DNA from: Seison nebaliae | Lineage: Eukaryota | DNA length: 42,572 nt | Assembly (NCBI GenBank): GCA_023231475.1 | Contig: JALJEE010000916.1 | Span: 1-42,572, forward strand | Direction of reading: 5' to 3' | Part shown: positions 1 through 13,869 of the stretch, piece by piece | Position numbering within the stretch: position 1 is the first letter of the stretch | Layout: each line of letters starts with the position of its first letter | Translations under genes and position numbers: made by a program | Notes under the pieces: generated by a model | Database searches by the model: none | Told to the model about the DNA's origin: nothing | The model's input: the letters and a program-made list of their open reading frames with translations, nothing else

Positions 1-741
1 AATGAAATTATTTGATAATTTTCTTCTATTGATTTCTTCATTTTATATTCCATCATTTTGTCAAGATCATCAAAATAAAATTGACAGTTAAACGTAGAGA
101 AATTAATCGAATTGAATTTAATATCTTCAATCTTGACATTAACTGCTCACGTAATCAATTTTTTCAAGAAATTCAGTTCAATCAATTAGAAACGTAAAAG
201 TTGAGGTAATTTTAGTTTCCCCTACACAGTTTCCTAAAAGTATAATAACCAGATAACAAAAAGAAATATTAATCAACGAAGAGGCTGTTGATGTAAAGAC
301 TCGTCCGTTTTTACCAGTTAATAAGATTTACCAAAGAAATTTCAAACTAAACGAATAAATTATTTCACCATCATTTAATTATTTACTGTTCCTCTAAAAT
401 ATTCAAATTATTCTTCTGACTCGTAAACGGCAAAGGAAAACACAAAGTTAAATGAAATTAGAACATAGAGCATAATATTCATACTCTTGTTGAACTCTTT
501 ATAATCTGCATACTTTGGATGAGAGAAAGTTTCTCTGAGAAACATGACTTTTTAATATCGAATACCAGATAAAGATATTTTTATGATTAACAATAGGAAG
601 AAAAAAATACCCATTACACAGGACATAAATGCGTGATTGAAGAGACGTTTACATCCGAGTAGAAGACAACATCGATTGTATCGATATACTCTTCCTATGT
701 ATGTGCGGAATAGCTGATTTTACAATTCGATATATAGTAAT

Positions 742-997
742 TGATGCTGTTACTTTCACTTCGAATTACTTTCCCCCCGAAAAAAAAAAGTCCAACTTGT
801 ATCTTAAAATTTTAATATTAATATTTAATTTCTTTAAATGAAATTCTTATTTTTTAATAAACGAAAGAGAATTTTATGCTCTTTCGAATGAACCCTACTT
901 CGTTAATTTTCAATGAGGAAAAACCCCTAAAATCTCATTTTTCTCTTCAATTTTTTTTTCGGGGGGAAACTAATTCGGGGTGAAAGTAACAGCATCA
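742..997. mobile_element. MITE-like non-autonomous element with ~47-bp imperfect terminal inverted repeats
   Basis: 742-789 TGATGCTGTTACTTTCACTTCGAATTACTTTCCCCCCGAAAAAAAAAA is the reverse complement (3 mismatches) of ~951-997 TTTTTTTTTCGGGGGGAAACTAATTCGGGGTGAAAGTAACAGCATCA. The interior is AT-rich and non-coding. No clear TSD. Confidence 0.6.
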
Positions 998-3900
998 TCG
1001 AATTTTTGGTTTAAGTCAATTATCTAATGATTTACAATATAGTAAAATATTGATATATTACTGTTTATCTAAATTTCTGAAATAATTTAAGGAATTTCAA
1101 TTCCGGAATAAATTTTATAATATTTAGTTTAAACTTTATAGTTATAAATCAATGTATTACGAATATTATTTAATCAGATAAAGTTTCTTTGCATAATTTG
1201 TACATTTGAGAATTTTTCTGTGAAAAACCTATTAATTTTTTCGTACTGAATATTTGGATAGATTCCAATTATCAAACAAATGGAGGAATGTCTTCCAGTA
1301 AACAATCGATCATTTCATTTCTTATACTTTCAGGAGTTATCATGTTGAAAGGATTCTCCTTTATTCTTCTTAATTTGTTTAGAGAAAAATCTGGATAATT
1401 ATTAAGTTTCAATCCTTCATATAAACTTCTAAAGAAAAAAGAATTTTTCCTTTATTATCCTCAACAAAAAAAATGACAGAATTTGTATCTTTCGATTTAT
1501 CAATAAATTTTTTTATTGTGCGATATTTTAGAAGATACATAATTCGTTATCATTCTCCATAATTTTCCTTTATTTTTCAATTTCAACACATACATTAACG
1601 TATAGTGTCCGTACAGTGAGAGTTTTAATTTTCAAGAACGAAAAGATTTATTTAAATAATAATTATTTCGTAATAAAATAAAAATATTCTGCATCTTTTT
1701 CTACTTGATGTATGACGAGAGATTAATATTTAACAGACTATCCATTTGATATCATATCATAGCTTATCAGATCATCAGATCGAAATAGAAATTTTGTTAT
1801 TCTTTGACGTTATGTTATTTTCTTTTTAGATCATGTACCAAGTCTCATATTTGCATTGAAAATTGATTAAGGACCTTGTTCTCCTATCTTCTATACTACT
1901 TCTCTTCCATCCATTCCTCTCATTCTCCTCTCTTCCTTCACACACAATCCACCTCCGTTTTTTATTAAACATTTTTTAAATCTTATTTCTCCCTAATATA
2001 AAACTGTTGCAATTCAGCACAATCAACTAGCTAGTTAACTAGCAAACACTCCACTCTTCATCTAACAACAATATGTTTTATCTGAGAATATTTGACATTT
2101 GTATTCCGATGCAGCTGTAGTGCATATCTCTCCACCATCTCTATGTATGTGATGTGATTTAAGAATTCCATAATAATCAAAGAAATATTGAATGATAATA
2201 TTGAAAAAGAAGGAAAAAAGGACAATTGATGATATCGTTGAAGTGTCAAATCTTTTATTTGGAATTTTCTTCCATTTTTCCTCTTTTGGATTTGTCTTTC
2301 AGATGATAATGCTGTCGATTATTTGGATTATTCAATATAATTATTAGAAGAAATATGATGACATCAAAAATTCTATTGTAGTATTCCTTATTTTTCTCGA
2401 TCGACGGTTGGTGGCAATGTCGTATGTGTCGAGATTTTAATTATTTCCCCATATGAAGGAGGAACGAGATGATGATGCACAATGAAGAGAATTTGTAGTA
2501 AATATATCGACAATAATATTGATCGTAATAATTGTAATTATTATTTTATTATGTTTCTCCCTCCTACATTCTTCATATGTTCACCAACATATGTTCACTC
2601 GAATATAATTGTATCTTCGATATTTTCTTCTTAAACCAAAACTTCTTCAATAGAAATTAATGGGAAAAAATGGAAAGAAAATTCTCTAATGTGACTAACT
2701 AAATAGAAATTCTTATTATGTAACTTCATTCTATTCGTGCTGTGCGTAAGAACAGAAACTAAAATTTTGTTTCGGGAAAAAAATTGGGGAAAAGTTTTCA
2801 AAATCTCCACAATGACTTACCAATATCATTTTTCTGATTGGAGAAATCATTGAACAATTAAAAAAGATGATAGCTTTCGTAAAACATTCTGAAACGTGTT
2901 TCGGGACGTATTAGGTACTAACAATTTATGGATGTTCCGTACGAAATGATTTTCACAAACCAGATATTTCAATTTGTTTCCCAAAATAAAATTACTGTTC
3001 CTTCGCACAGCACTACATTCTATTTTCTCCAACAAATAATTAATTCTTTCTCATTCACAACTTTCTCTTCATGTTTTCCTTCGTTTTTTCTTTTTCATTC
3101 GACCAGCAGTTATCAATGCTGTTCCATGTTATTTTCTTTCATCATAATTATGATATGGACACTTAAGTATTGGGAAGGAATTACTACATCGAACAAAAAT
3201 GTAATTTTTTCATTTTCCCTCTTGTATCCCATCATTCTTTGCCATCAACGACGAACAAACAAAATTTTATGTTATTATTTTACAGAATATTTCCATTCTA
3301 TTACTTAACTGAAACTATCTTAACCAAAGTAGTATAACCTCCTCCTACTAACTAATTCCTCATGTAACAATTTCTTCCAACAATTCAATCTTTTGAAAAT
3401 GTATGTCTCAATTTCTCACCACTGTATAACAAAAAACAAAATATATGAGTAGTTCGGACACTCAAAATTATTGTTAGGTTTTTTCCCTTATTTTCAGTTA
3501 GAAATTGATAAAAGCTTTACCGGATATTATGGCCGAAAATTCCTTTTAGTTCGGATATTTTGAAAAAATGGTTGTTTTTATTTGGACAGTCTCATTTTTT
3601 TTGGTGGAGATTAGGGAAATTCTATTTCTTTTTCCCCATAAATCAACAACATTTCTACTTCTTTAAAGACTTTTCACAGCAGTTCATTTCAAAATCAGAT
3701 CATTCATCTCTTATTATATAGTAGCAGCTCTCAAACTATATATTTATAAAAAAATGTTACGAAAATTCATGTAGCATGTATCTCATATAAAATTTTGGTT
3801 TGGGATGAAAATAAATCGTTTTAAAGTACTTAATTGGTTTGAATATCAATAAATTGAATAAATTGATCAGTATGTTTATTTATGAAAATATTCGATATGA

Positions 3901-6900
3901 TTCGTTTCTAATAGATGAAATCAGAAGTTAACGGAAAGAAAAGATGATGAATTGGTATCACGTATTAGAAAGTTTTTATCAACTGTTCTTCTCGAATATT
4001 TGAAAAATAATTTCTTTGATTTTCCAATTTTATTACATAATTTCAGTAAAAATAAATAAAAACTTTTGAATTGTTATGTTTCCTCTAAAAAAAATGAGGA
4101 AGGAATCAGTCAGACAATTTTTCGTATGACTATAATTCCAAAATAATAAAGTTGAATTATACAATTATTACGAAAAAGAAAGGTAATGGAAAATGTGCTT
4201 CAATCGATGAAAGATTCGACGATGAAAAAGAATATTTTTCATAAAATTATCGGCTGTCTAAACGTGTTATTGGGGTTATTGTATGCATTCTTTTAATTGA
4301 GATTTATTTCCACAATTCCCGAAAGTCATTGAATAGAAGATAATGGAAGAATTAAGCATATGTGAACTCCTTACTGGTTGTTGTCTTAACAAATTCTTCA
4401 GTATTAGATGACAGAGTCATGGTGGTGTTATTTGAGGGAGAAGGAAAAGAGCCCTAACTAAGAAATAAAACTTAAAGGTGACTCATCTTTTTTTTGTTCG
4501 ACAAATGTATTAGGGAATCGGTTTAAAAATAGTGATTGAGAATAAGATTTTAATTGTTTCTAATAAAATTCAGTCATGACAAAGTAAGAAAACGTGTCAA
4601 ATTTAGTAATGAATTGATTAAAAACCTATTTAAAATAAATTTAAGCCATCGTTTTTCGTACGCTCTAATAGCACTATGTCCGATGTGAAGGACATTCGAT
4701 GTAGAAATTATATAAATATTCCTGCACATTCAGCGCAATGATGTTCAATCTCTACTTATTTGAGGCAACGATAATATGACAAATATGTAATTAAATTTTT
4801 ATTTTATTTATTTGCATAAATCATTTGGTGATGGATGAATGGAATTATCCTTTAAAAGAACTTTCATTATTTTCTCGCCCCTTATGTTTTTCCTTTTTCG
4901 CAGTAGACATTTCTCCATAACAAAAAAAGAAGAAAGATGTATCAATAAAAAGGAAAGGAAACGATTTCCAAAAAGAAGATACAAAAATTCTTTCACCAGC
5001 CATTTTCCTTTCTGCTAAACTTCTCTATTTGTGGTTGCGTATGAATGGAAGTTGAAATGAAAGAGAAATATTATTTATATATACATAATAATATATATTT
5101 TTCGAGAAATCAGTTTACCATTCGAATGATTTGGTTGATGATTAAAGAGCATATAAATTAAAATATGCATAAGTTATAATGTAGGTCGTCCGATATCTAT
5201 AAGCAGTGGGAGAAGTAGCATTGATCGATGCCAACATTTTTAGGTATTTGTTTGAGTAAACTCCACATTTGTGGTTGAGAACTGTCGTTTTTCCAATAAA
5301 CAATTGAAGAATTTTGAAGAAACAAAATGAGTGAAGTGTCCTTATGAATGCATTTTTTTATAGATAACTACTATGTTCCAAAATTTATAGAGGATTCGTA
5401 TATTTTTCAATTTGAATTGAAAAACTGTCAAACAGAGAATGATATCCAGGTTTCATAATCGATAATCTAACAAATTGAACAATTATTAATATCATGTATT
5501 AGAATGATCTGCAATATATGTTTAAATTCAAATTTTTCTAAATATTTTTGAGAAAAAATGGTGCAAAGTGATTCAAGTTCTTTTGAATCATCGAATAATT
5601 TATATTACGTATTATTATAATTCCTGGAAAGAAAGCAGTTGAAAAAAATGTGCAAAGAATTTTTTTCAAGTAATGAAAACTAAAGACAATAAAACGGAAT
5701 GATGTAGGTAGAAGAGATAAATATTAATGAACGATTATTGAAAATAATGAATTTAGCAGTGGAATTTTTGGAAAGAAAATATATATATAGGAATTAGTTG
5801 TTAAGTGAAATCGGAAATTAAATTCGGTGAAGTAAATTGACTGATGGATGATAGATAGATGAAATGTTTAGATGTGACAGTAACGCAATAGATGGATGGA
5901 TGGATTGATGGAAATGTAAGAATAAGAAATTGTTTTGATTTTGTTATTCACGTTCCAAAATTCTTCTAATTAATAAGATGTTATGCATAATCGTCAGAGT
6001 AATAGATATATAATGGATTGAATGAAATAACTTCTTTTATTCACTCGTTAATTTGGAACATTAAAATATAGGAGCATTATGATGACATTCAGAAGGAAAG
6101 GAAGAATGAAGGAGAAGAATTCTTGATTAATTTATTAGGTTTTATTTGAGGAGTAGAATATTTCCTTTTTTACGTATGATCACCAGCTAATTTGAACGAA
6201 ATAAGTATTTCTTGTCAAAGTAGCAGTCAGCTAATTATCACATTCCTTCATTAGAATTCGTTTATTTGATGCGGATAGAAAGCAATCGGTTCCGATAGGA
6301 AAAACATAATGTTATTTTCTTTATAAATTTTTGTTTGATTGTGGAGCGAAAACGAAGAGTATATTGTGAGAGTTTCGCTAGAGAATTATTTAAGACGACC
6401 GATATAAGAGAAGATGAAGAAGAATATTAAAAGAAAATTTTTTATTGTAACTTCCATAAGAGAGGAGGAATTTATAAATCATTTATGATAGACAAATAAA
6501 TAAATAAACTAATAAAACGATTGTCTTCTTAATTTTATTGGCTCTCCTCTATTTTATCGTTAAATCGTTCCGATTTCTTTCCAATAAATAAGTGATATAT
6601 TATTTCACTAATAAAATTGATGGATGTATTGATGATGGTTATGTTCTTCCTTTTCTTCAACGATTGGGAAGTGTATATGATTATATATGATCCATTGTTC
6701 TATATGCGGAATAAATTGTATTAGTTATATCACATTTCATAGTAGTACTATAAATGTAGTGGTGGCATATCATAGTGTGTTCATATAAAATTTATCTTAT
6801 CGAAAAGAAGAGATTTATTTATGTAAGCAATAAGAATCTATAATGATAACTACAAATATTTCCCCAATATTACCCAATGGAAGGAAGATCGTATATGTGA

Positions 6901-9298
6901 GGTATATGAAGATCATGAAGGTGCACATATAGATGTGATGTTAATCCACGACAAGAGTATGCGCTGGAGAATAAAGGAGAGATGTATATAGATGTTTATT
7001 TTTATTGGATTGAATAATAGAATAAACGAATAGTTTGTAAACACTAATGATTATTATGACTCAAATATTTCTCTTGTATTTATTCGAAAACGCATTAGCA
7101 ATCATGGCAAGATGAACGATATAAAGATACTTCGACCATTCTGTTTTTATCACGTTAAATTATCGATTAAATTAACTGTTTCCAAGAACAAAACCAACAG
7201 TCTGAGGAATAGAAGAGAATTTCGTGAAAATCAAATTTCAATTATTTTGAATTGGGAAAACAAATTGATTTTACGAATTATCATTACCATCAAAACTGAT
7301 TAAGTTAGTCGGATTAATTTAACGGAAAAGAATATTATGAATCGACGAGTATTATTTGACGTTTCTTAATAGTTATAATTCTTCTCTTCTCTAATAATGT
7401 TAATTCGAGTAAATCTCTAACAAATATTTACTATTTCTGTATTTGCCAAGGAGAATTTAAAAACAGTGCTCAAATGTCTGATAAGTGTAAAGTGTGGGAG
7501 ATGGGGAGATGGAGAATCACTTACTATGTAAAGATCCGATCTTTTCTTCCAATTGTGCATTGGAAAGTTGAAGTGTAAATGAGATTGAATTTGTTTTGTT
7601 TCATATGGAAAATATTTAAATCAAGTATTATTTCCGTCGTAATTTTTACCTCACTACTATGGAATTAGTCGATGAGATTTGTGCGAATAGAACGATTGAA
7701 ATATCAATAGAATGAAATCAAATTTAATAACATCAATATCACGAGGAAATGATGATCAGTTGAGCTAATCGGTTCAGTTGTATAAGAAGATGCATGTTCG
7801 ACATTTATCTCTCATCTCTTCTAATCCGTAAACATTGAGTTACGACGCAACGTCAAGGCGAATTAGGAAAACTTGTCGAAAAAAATCGTTTGATGGGAGA
7901 TCAAATAAAGAATTCGATGAAGAGAGGGAAGGAGAGAGAAAGAGGATATTTGCAGTCGACCTGCTGTTTCAATGCTACTAAAGAATAAGTTAGAAGAAAG
8001 TGTGCGACTACCGTAACTTCGATGAAGTATGAAGTCCGGATGTACAGATGAAGTGTTATCTGAAGAAGAAAAAGAATAAGAAGAAACGAAGAAGAAATGA
8101 AGAAGATACACTAATAAGAATAGATATTATTATCATCGTCATGATTATCGTCGAAAAGAATTATCTCTTAAAAATAAAAAGAAACGGCTCGTTATTATTA
8201 TAATCACCGTCAACCTGATGAGAAGGAAGAATTTTATGATAATTAGAATGAGGCCGATGATTAATGCAAGTCATTTCTGAGAATAATGATCATTAAAAGT
8301 GGAAATGGATAAAAATTAAACAGTAAAATAAAAGAAGATTACCTTTATTCTTCTCCGAGACGTCAACGATCAAGGAAAGTTCAATTTTATGTATTACCTA
8401 AGGAACTAATCTTCGGCCTTTTCCCATTCCAACTATTCGATTATATTCACACTCCTCCCAAAGATTAATTACAATGCATCTGTGACGCCAGTGGGGCAAT
8501 GAAAGGATGGTGGAAAAGTAACCATTGACATTTACGATGTGAGACCGTAAATATGAGAGGAATGAAGAAAAAAGGCAGAGTATTTGCTGTGGCATTCTAT
8601 GCGCCATTCTATATAATTTCAATATTTCTTTTGCATAGAATCAAAAAATATTTTTTGAAAAAGAAATAATGAAAGAGATTTCTTGTTAATAAATAAGACG
8701 AATTGTTCGACAGAATTATTTGAAGTAGAGGAAGTCCATAAAATTTCTCACTTTAGATTTTCCATCAAATTAGATATTGTCGATTTTCTTATTTAATTTT
8801 ATCTATAAAATTGAATAATCCGATTAATCATGAATTGACATGAATTGACATCTAACTATCTATACCCGTCGAATTTTGTCGATGGGAACACCATTTCGAT
8901 CTATATCTATCTATCTATTTCAATCTATCTATTTCTATCTATTTATTTCCACTAGTGCATCTTCATTTCCAATATTTATTTATATGTTGATAAATATATA
9001 TAAATATGTGCATATAGAGTGCCCTCACCTCATCCGTTGTTGACATCCACAGGAAACGGAATATTTTTGAGCGACATCAATTTTCCAACGAATCCCAGCC
9101 AAACGAGAAGGCGAAGAAAGAAGAAGAGGAATAATATCGAATATTCTCTATCGTATGTCTTAGTAATGAAGAAGAGACAATTAACATTGTCATTGGAAAG
9201 AATTGAGAAAATATTTCGAGAATTTAAACAATTTATTCTTTTCTTTCAATAATTCAGTACTCATCATTCAGTACAAACTCTTCTCCTTCTTCTTATTG

Positions 9299-12134
9299 AT
9301 GGCGTCGGTGGCAGCGTGGTTACCATTTGCGCGTGGTGCTGCCATCGGTTGGATACCATTAGCACAGCGGTCATTGCCATCACCTCCACGAACACCAAAC
9401 GATAAGAAATCGATTAGTGATGAACGTCTCATCATTAACGTTAGTGGACGTCGATTCGAGTGTTGGAAATCGACATTGGAAAAATATCCCGAATCACTTT
9501 TGGGATCATTGGAACGCGAATTCTTTTATGATAAAGAAATCGATGAATACTTTTTTGATAGAGATCCAGATATATTTCGTCATATTCTCACTTATTATCG
9601 AACAGGCAAACTACATTATCCAAAACACGAATGCGTTGCCGCTTATGACGACGAATTAATATTTTTTGGCATTCAATCTGATATCATTGGCGACTGTTGT
9701 TATGAGGATTATAAAGATCGCAAACGAGATACATGTGATCGAACATTGGATGAGAAATCACCAGATGATCCTGCCGCTGTTGCCAATCAATTAGCTGCCC
9801 AAACGTTAAGAGAGAAATTGTATCGTGCATTCGAAGATCCACAGACAAGTACAGCTGCATTAGTATTCTATTATATTACCGGTTTCTTTATTGGTGCATC
9901 CGTATTGACGAATGTTGTCGAAACATTACCATGTGGGAAAATGCCTGGTTCACACAAAGTACCTGCGTGTGGAGAAAGATTTGAAAAGATGTTCTTTTGT
10001 CTAGACACGGCATGCGTAATGATATTTACTCTTGAATATTGTTTACGTCTATTATCAGCACCAGATCGATGTAAATTCCTTCGTAGTGTTATGAGTCTTA
10101 TTGACCTTGTAGCTATTTTACCTTACTATCTCAGTTTTGTTATACCTCAAAATAAGGAGGTCAGCGGCGCCTTCGTCACCTTAAGAGTTTTCCGTGTTTT
10201 CCGTATCTTCAAATTTAGTCGCCATTCCGAAGGACTCCGAATTCTCGGCTACACTTTGAAAAGTTGTGCCAGTGAACTCGGTTTCCTTTTATTCACTCTC
10301 GTCATGACCATTGTCGTCTTTGCAACGGTCATGTACTATACGGAGAAGAATGTCATCAATACTCGATTCACTAGTATACCTGCAGCTTTCTGGTACACTA
10401 TCGTCACCATGACAACATTGGGGTTACTTCATATCTCCACTCCTATTCTCATTTCTAATTATTTCTCCAATTTTCAGATACGGAGATATGGTGCCCAAAA
10501 CATGGGCCGGTAAGATTGTTGGAGGCGTTTGTGCACTTTCTGGTGTACTAGTAATTGCTCTTCCAGTTCCTGTTATTGTATCGAATTTCGGCCGAATCTA
10601 TAATCAAAGTCAACGATCTGATAAAATGAAAGCACAAAAAGTTATTTAAACATTATTCGATAACCGATTTGTCATGCTTTTTTAGAAAACAAGATTGGCA
10701 CGAATTAAAGTAGCGAAAACGATTAGTAGTAACGCTTTCGTCGCAACTAAGCGACTAGCCAAACAACAATATGAAAGAGAACGATTACAATCGATTTGTC
10801 AAGAACATCCAGATAATAATTTGTTTAAAGAGAAACAAGTTGAAGATCAGGAAGCAATAAAATTATCAGAATCGCGTATCGCTTATAGTTTTATGGCGAA
10901 TTTATTTGAGAAACAACAGCATCATCTACTTAGTTGCTTAGAACATATAACAGTTAATTTTTATTCACATCCAATTATATTGCATTTATAATGAAAATAT
11001 TCATTAGAATTGTGAATTTGTCCAAATCGACTTTAGTAAAGTAATGCCGTCCGCGACACCAAAAACTTCAGTTAAACGAAGTCGAGTTAAAAAGTGTCGT
11101 GATGCATCTTGTTCATGCTTCCAATCGAATCAAGTTTCTATTATAAAAACAATATATATTTATTGTATTCGGAACTCTTTTTTAGACTCAAAACAAATCT
11201 CCATCGATTTCGATGATGTCAATAGCAAAATCATCTAATTCGTCATCAATTGGTAGTCGATCATCATCGGGAAAATATACATCAGCTGCATTACTCTCAA
11301 ACATTAATGAGAAGATATCGAACGATGAGAATGTGAAAGAGAAGAAGATGTTAATCGCACAAATTCTTGATACGGAGAAGAATGATACGTTTATGGAAGT
11401 GAATTCTGGAAATATTCGTGTCTCTTCTTCCACCGAATCATCGAATGTTACGAACCGAAAAAAGAATTCTTGTTGTTTGAAACATCTGGAGAAGAACAAC
11501 ATTTATACGAATGATTATTATGCACAAAAATCGTCAAACACATCTGATTCGTGTGGAAGACATTCGCACACTTTCTGTCAAATATTTCCAAATGAATCAA
11601 GTTCTCTCATAATTTCTTCTTCTCTCTCAATTCTAATCATTTATTATAGTTGGAAATAAGACAACTAGGATGAATGATGAGGAACAAATGATCTGCCATC
11701 AACGAACTAATCCACTTTTCACTTCTTCCTTCTTACCCAGTGATGTCTCACATACACCATCTTCCACGAGCATTTCACCCTTACTCGATCTGTCTTATTC
11801 GACTGTTCAATCGACTAATAATCATAAAGCCGTAAAGAATATTCCATTAACTACTACGGTTGCTACGCCCGTTACCACAGTAATGGCGAGTGCTATGCTC
11901 TCAATATTATCGACAACTGCAATGATGGCACCGAAACCATATCGTCGTACATCTCCAAGTTATCGGGAGATGACGGATCTCCTCTATCCATCTAGACAAG
12001 ACGCAACACATATCAATGACATCGAACATTCTCCAAATTCCATTAATAATGACAATAAGAAGAAGAATATTAATGAGAATACGATTAACAACAACAACGA
12101 TCAAAGTAATTATCAGCAAAATGACAATGATGAA

Positions 12135-12169
<35 letters not shown>

Positions 12170-12185
12170 TAATAAATTAGACTAA
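9299..12185 (+). CDS. Shal: Voltage-gated K+ channel Kv4/Shal (KCND), ~876 aa; exons 9299-10422, 10478-10640, 10686-10952, 11008-11133, 11186-11600, 11650-12185
   Basis: Diagnostic N-terminus [19 protein letters not shown]1 domain with HYPKHEC...GDCC Zn site; S4 [15 protein letters not shown]; pore TMTTLG|YGDMVP split by intron 1; S6 PVPVIVSNF; di-leucine motif [13 protein letters not shown]. All five GT-AG introns keep the frame. Exons 5-6 are supported by frame continuity only. Confidence 0.95.
12135..12174 (+). repeat. (AAT)n microsatellite encoding poly-Asn at the Kv4 C-terminus
   Basis: aataataataat... run translating to [13 protein letters not shown] just before the stop codon. Confidence 0.85.
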
Positions 12186-12509
12186 TGTCCAACATTAAAA
12201 TAATTTGATACGGTTCTCGAAACGTTCGTGATTATGTGCGTAATTGTGAGTAATAGGAAGGACGTACACGTATATCTCACAACGAATGAATAACCTATCT
12301 CTATGTGCCATACTGGCCAGTTATTTCTTCTTCTTCTCCTAATCAATTTCTTCATCCGGAAAGTTCTCTTCAAGATTGTCAAATGTAAATTGTATAGCTT
12401 TTTACAATCTTCATCCCAAATGAATCTTTTCAATCGGATAGAAATTCATCTCAAATCTTATTCTTTTGATCAATCTTCTCTCCATTCTATTTCTCTCATA
12501 TTATTCATT

Positions 12510-12557
12510 ACTATTATTATGATTATGATGATTATTATGATTATTATTATTATTATA
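12510..12557. repeat. (ATT/ATG)n degenerate microsatellite downstream of Kv4
   Basis: attattatgattatgatgattattatgattattattattattata. Confidence 0.7.
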
Positions 12558-13028
12558 AATAAAATATTTTAATCAATAATTCTTCACAAAAACACTTCCT
12601 TCTTCTTTAAAATGTCAAATGAATTTATAGAATTAATATACCAACACCATTTCGACGTTCCGTTATCTTCAAATCTTAAAATTACTATTTGAAAATGAGA
12701 ATTCGGGCTGTTTGATAAGCGCGCTCTAATAAATTTTCAGAAAGGAAATAATTCTCGGGGGAATTATTCTTAATAAAAGAAACTTAAAATGAAATTTGGT
12801 GATTTATGATAAACATCAATAAATGATGCTCAAACTAAATTCTTATTCTCGATAAACTTCTAATAAATGAAAAAGAATGTGAAATGATGAGACCAAATTA
12901 GAGTTTAATAAAAAAATTTAACAAATACGAAATTGGGAGACAAATTGCCAAATAAGGAAATTGTGAAGAGGGTTTGGTACTCGGACATTATAGAATATGA
13001 TATGGGAATTGAAAAAAATATTTGATTG

Positions 13029-13595
13029 TTATTTCGATTCGTGATAATGAAGTATCTGATTACCTAACCAGTCGATACCAGCACTTAGACCTTCTCCGCT
13101 CAATGCGTTACTCGCACATATCCTCCAAGGCTTATCGTTAATTTCATACAGTTTCATTTGTTCGGTAATATATTGAGGAGAATTTGCTCCAGGTAAGTCC
13201 ATTTTATTTCCGTAGAACAATATCGGAATATTCTTCTCCGCAATATTCGCATGCGTCAACATTTTGTTTAATTCGTCTTGTGCGACTGACAATCGTAGAC
13301 CGTCAGTACTATCGATAACGAAGACTATTCCTGACACATCTGCATAATATTTCTCCCATAGTGATCGATATACCGATTGTCCTGACATATCGAATGCAGT
13401 GAAAGAGAATAATTTCGTAGTGAAGGATTCGGTAGAAAAGCCGAGAGTTGGTACGATTCGTTCATTTCTCATATCAGCCGGTTTCAAATGTTGAAGTATT
13501 GTCGATTTTCCGCTATTGTCCAATCCTAAAAAAATTATCCTCGCCGTCTTCTTATGAAGACCAAATATTCTCGCCAATATTTCCAATAGACCCAT
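13029..13595 (-). CDS. ARL6: ADP-ribosylation factor-like 6 (BBS3) small GTPase, 188 aa, intronless
   Basis: MGLL N-terminus; G1 GLDNSGKST; G3 FDMSGQ (typical of ARL6 rather than the ARF WDVGGQ); G4 NKMD; IPILFYGNK and WRICASNALSGEGL match ARL6. Confidence 0.93.
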   Translation of the reverse strand: MGLLEILARIFGLHKKTARIIFLGLDNSGKSTILQHLKPADMRNERIVPTLGFSTESFTTKLFSFTAFDMSGQSVYRSLWEKYYADVSGIVFVIDSTDGLRLSVAQDELNKMLTHANIAEKNIPILFYGNKMDLPGANSPQYITEQMKLYEINDKPWRICASNALSGEGLSAGIDWLGNQILHYHESK

Positions 13596-13622
13596 ATACA
13601 GGTGTTCCGATAATTCTCTTTC

Positions 13623-13636
13623 GTTACTATGGCAAC
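13623..13636. promoter_or_regulatory. RFX X-box upstream of ARL6
   Basis: GTTACTATGGCAAC, a near-perfect X-box (GTTNCC-AT-GGCAAC type), 28 bp upstream of the ATG of a BBS gene. A forkhead core TGTTTAC lies nearby at 13681-13687. Confidence 0.85.
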
Positions 13637-13869
13637 ATTGACAATGATTATTATGTAATGAACGTCTTTATCGGCCGGTTTGTTTACAAACCAAAATTTT
13701 CAATAGTATCAAAAGTTAATCATTCATTTTTTCTCATTCAAATTTTCAGCTTTTAAATAAATTGAAAATTAATTGTTCCATATCGAATTAGTTAATAAGA
13801 GAGTTAAATGAAATATCTTTTTCAAATCATCTCTCATACGAAAGATATCCACCAAAATGTCTATGCGAA

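Noticed and set aside
2058..8622. Short ORFs of 62-126 aa upstream of Kv4
   Set aside because: F/I/L/K-biased chance ORFs of AT-rich DNA with no motifs or consistent splice structure
9203..9298. TTG-initiated N-terminal extension of the Kv4 ORF
   Set aside because: The conserved Kv4 start is [12 protein letters not shown] at ATG 9299
10423..10477. U12-type (minor) intron explanation for the odd donors
   Set aside because: No RTATCCTT donor or TCCTTAAC branch consensus is present
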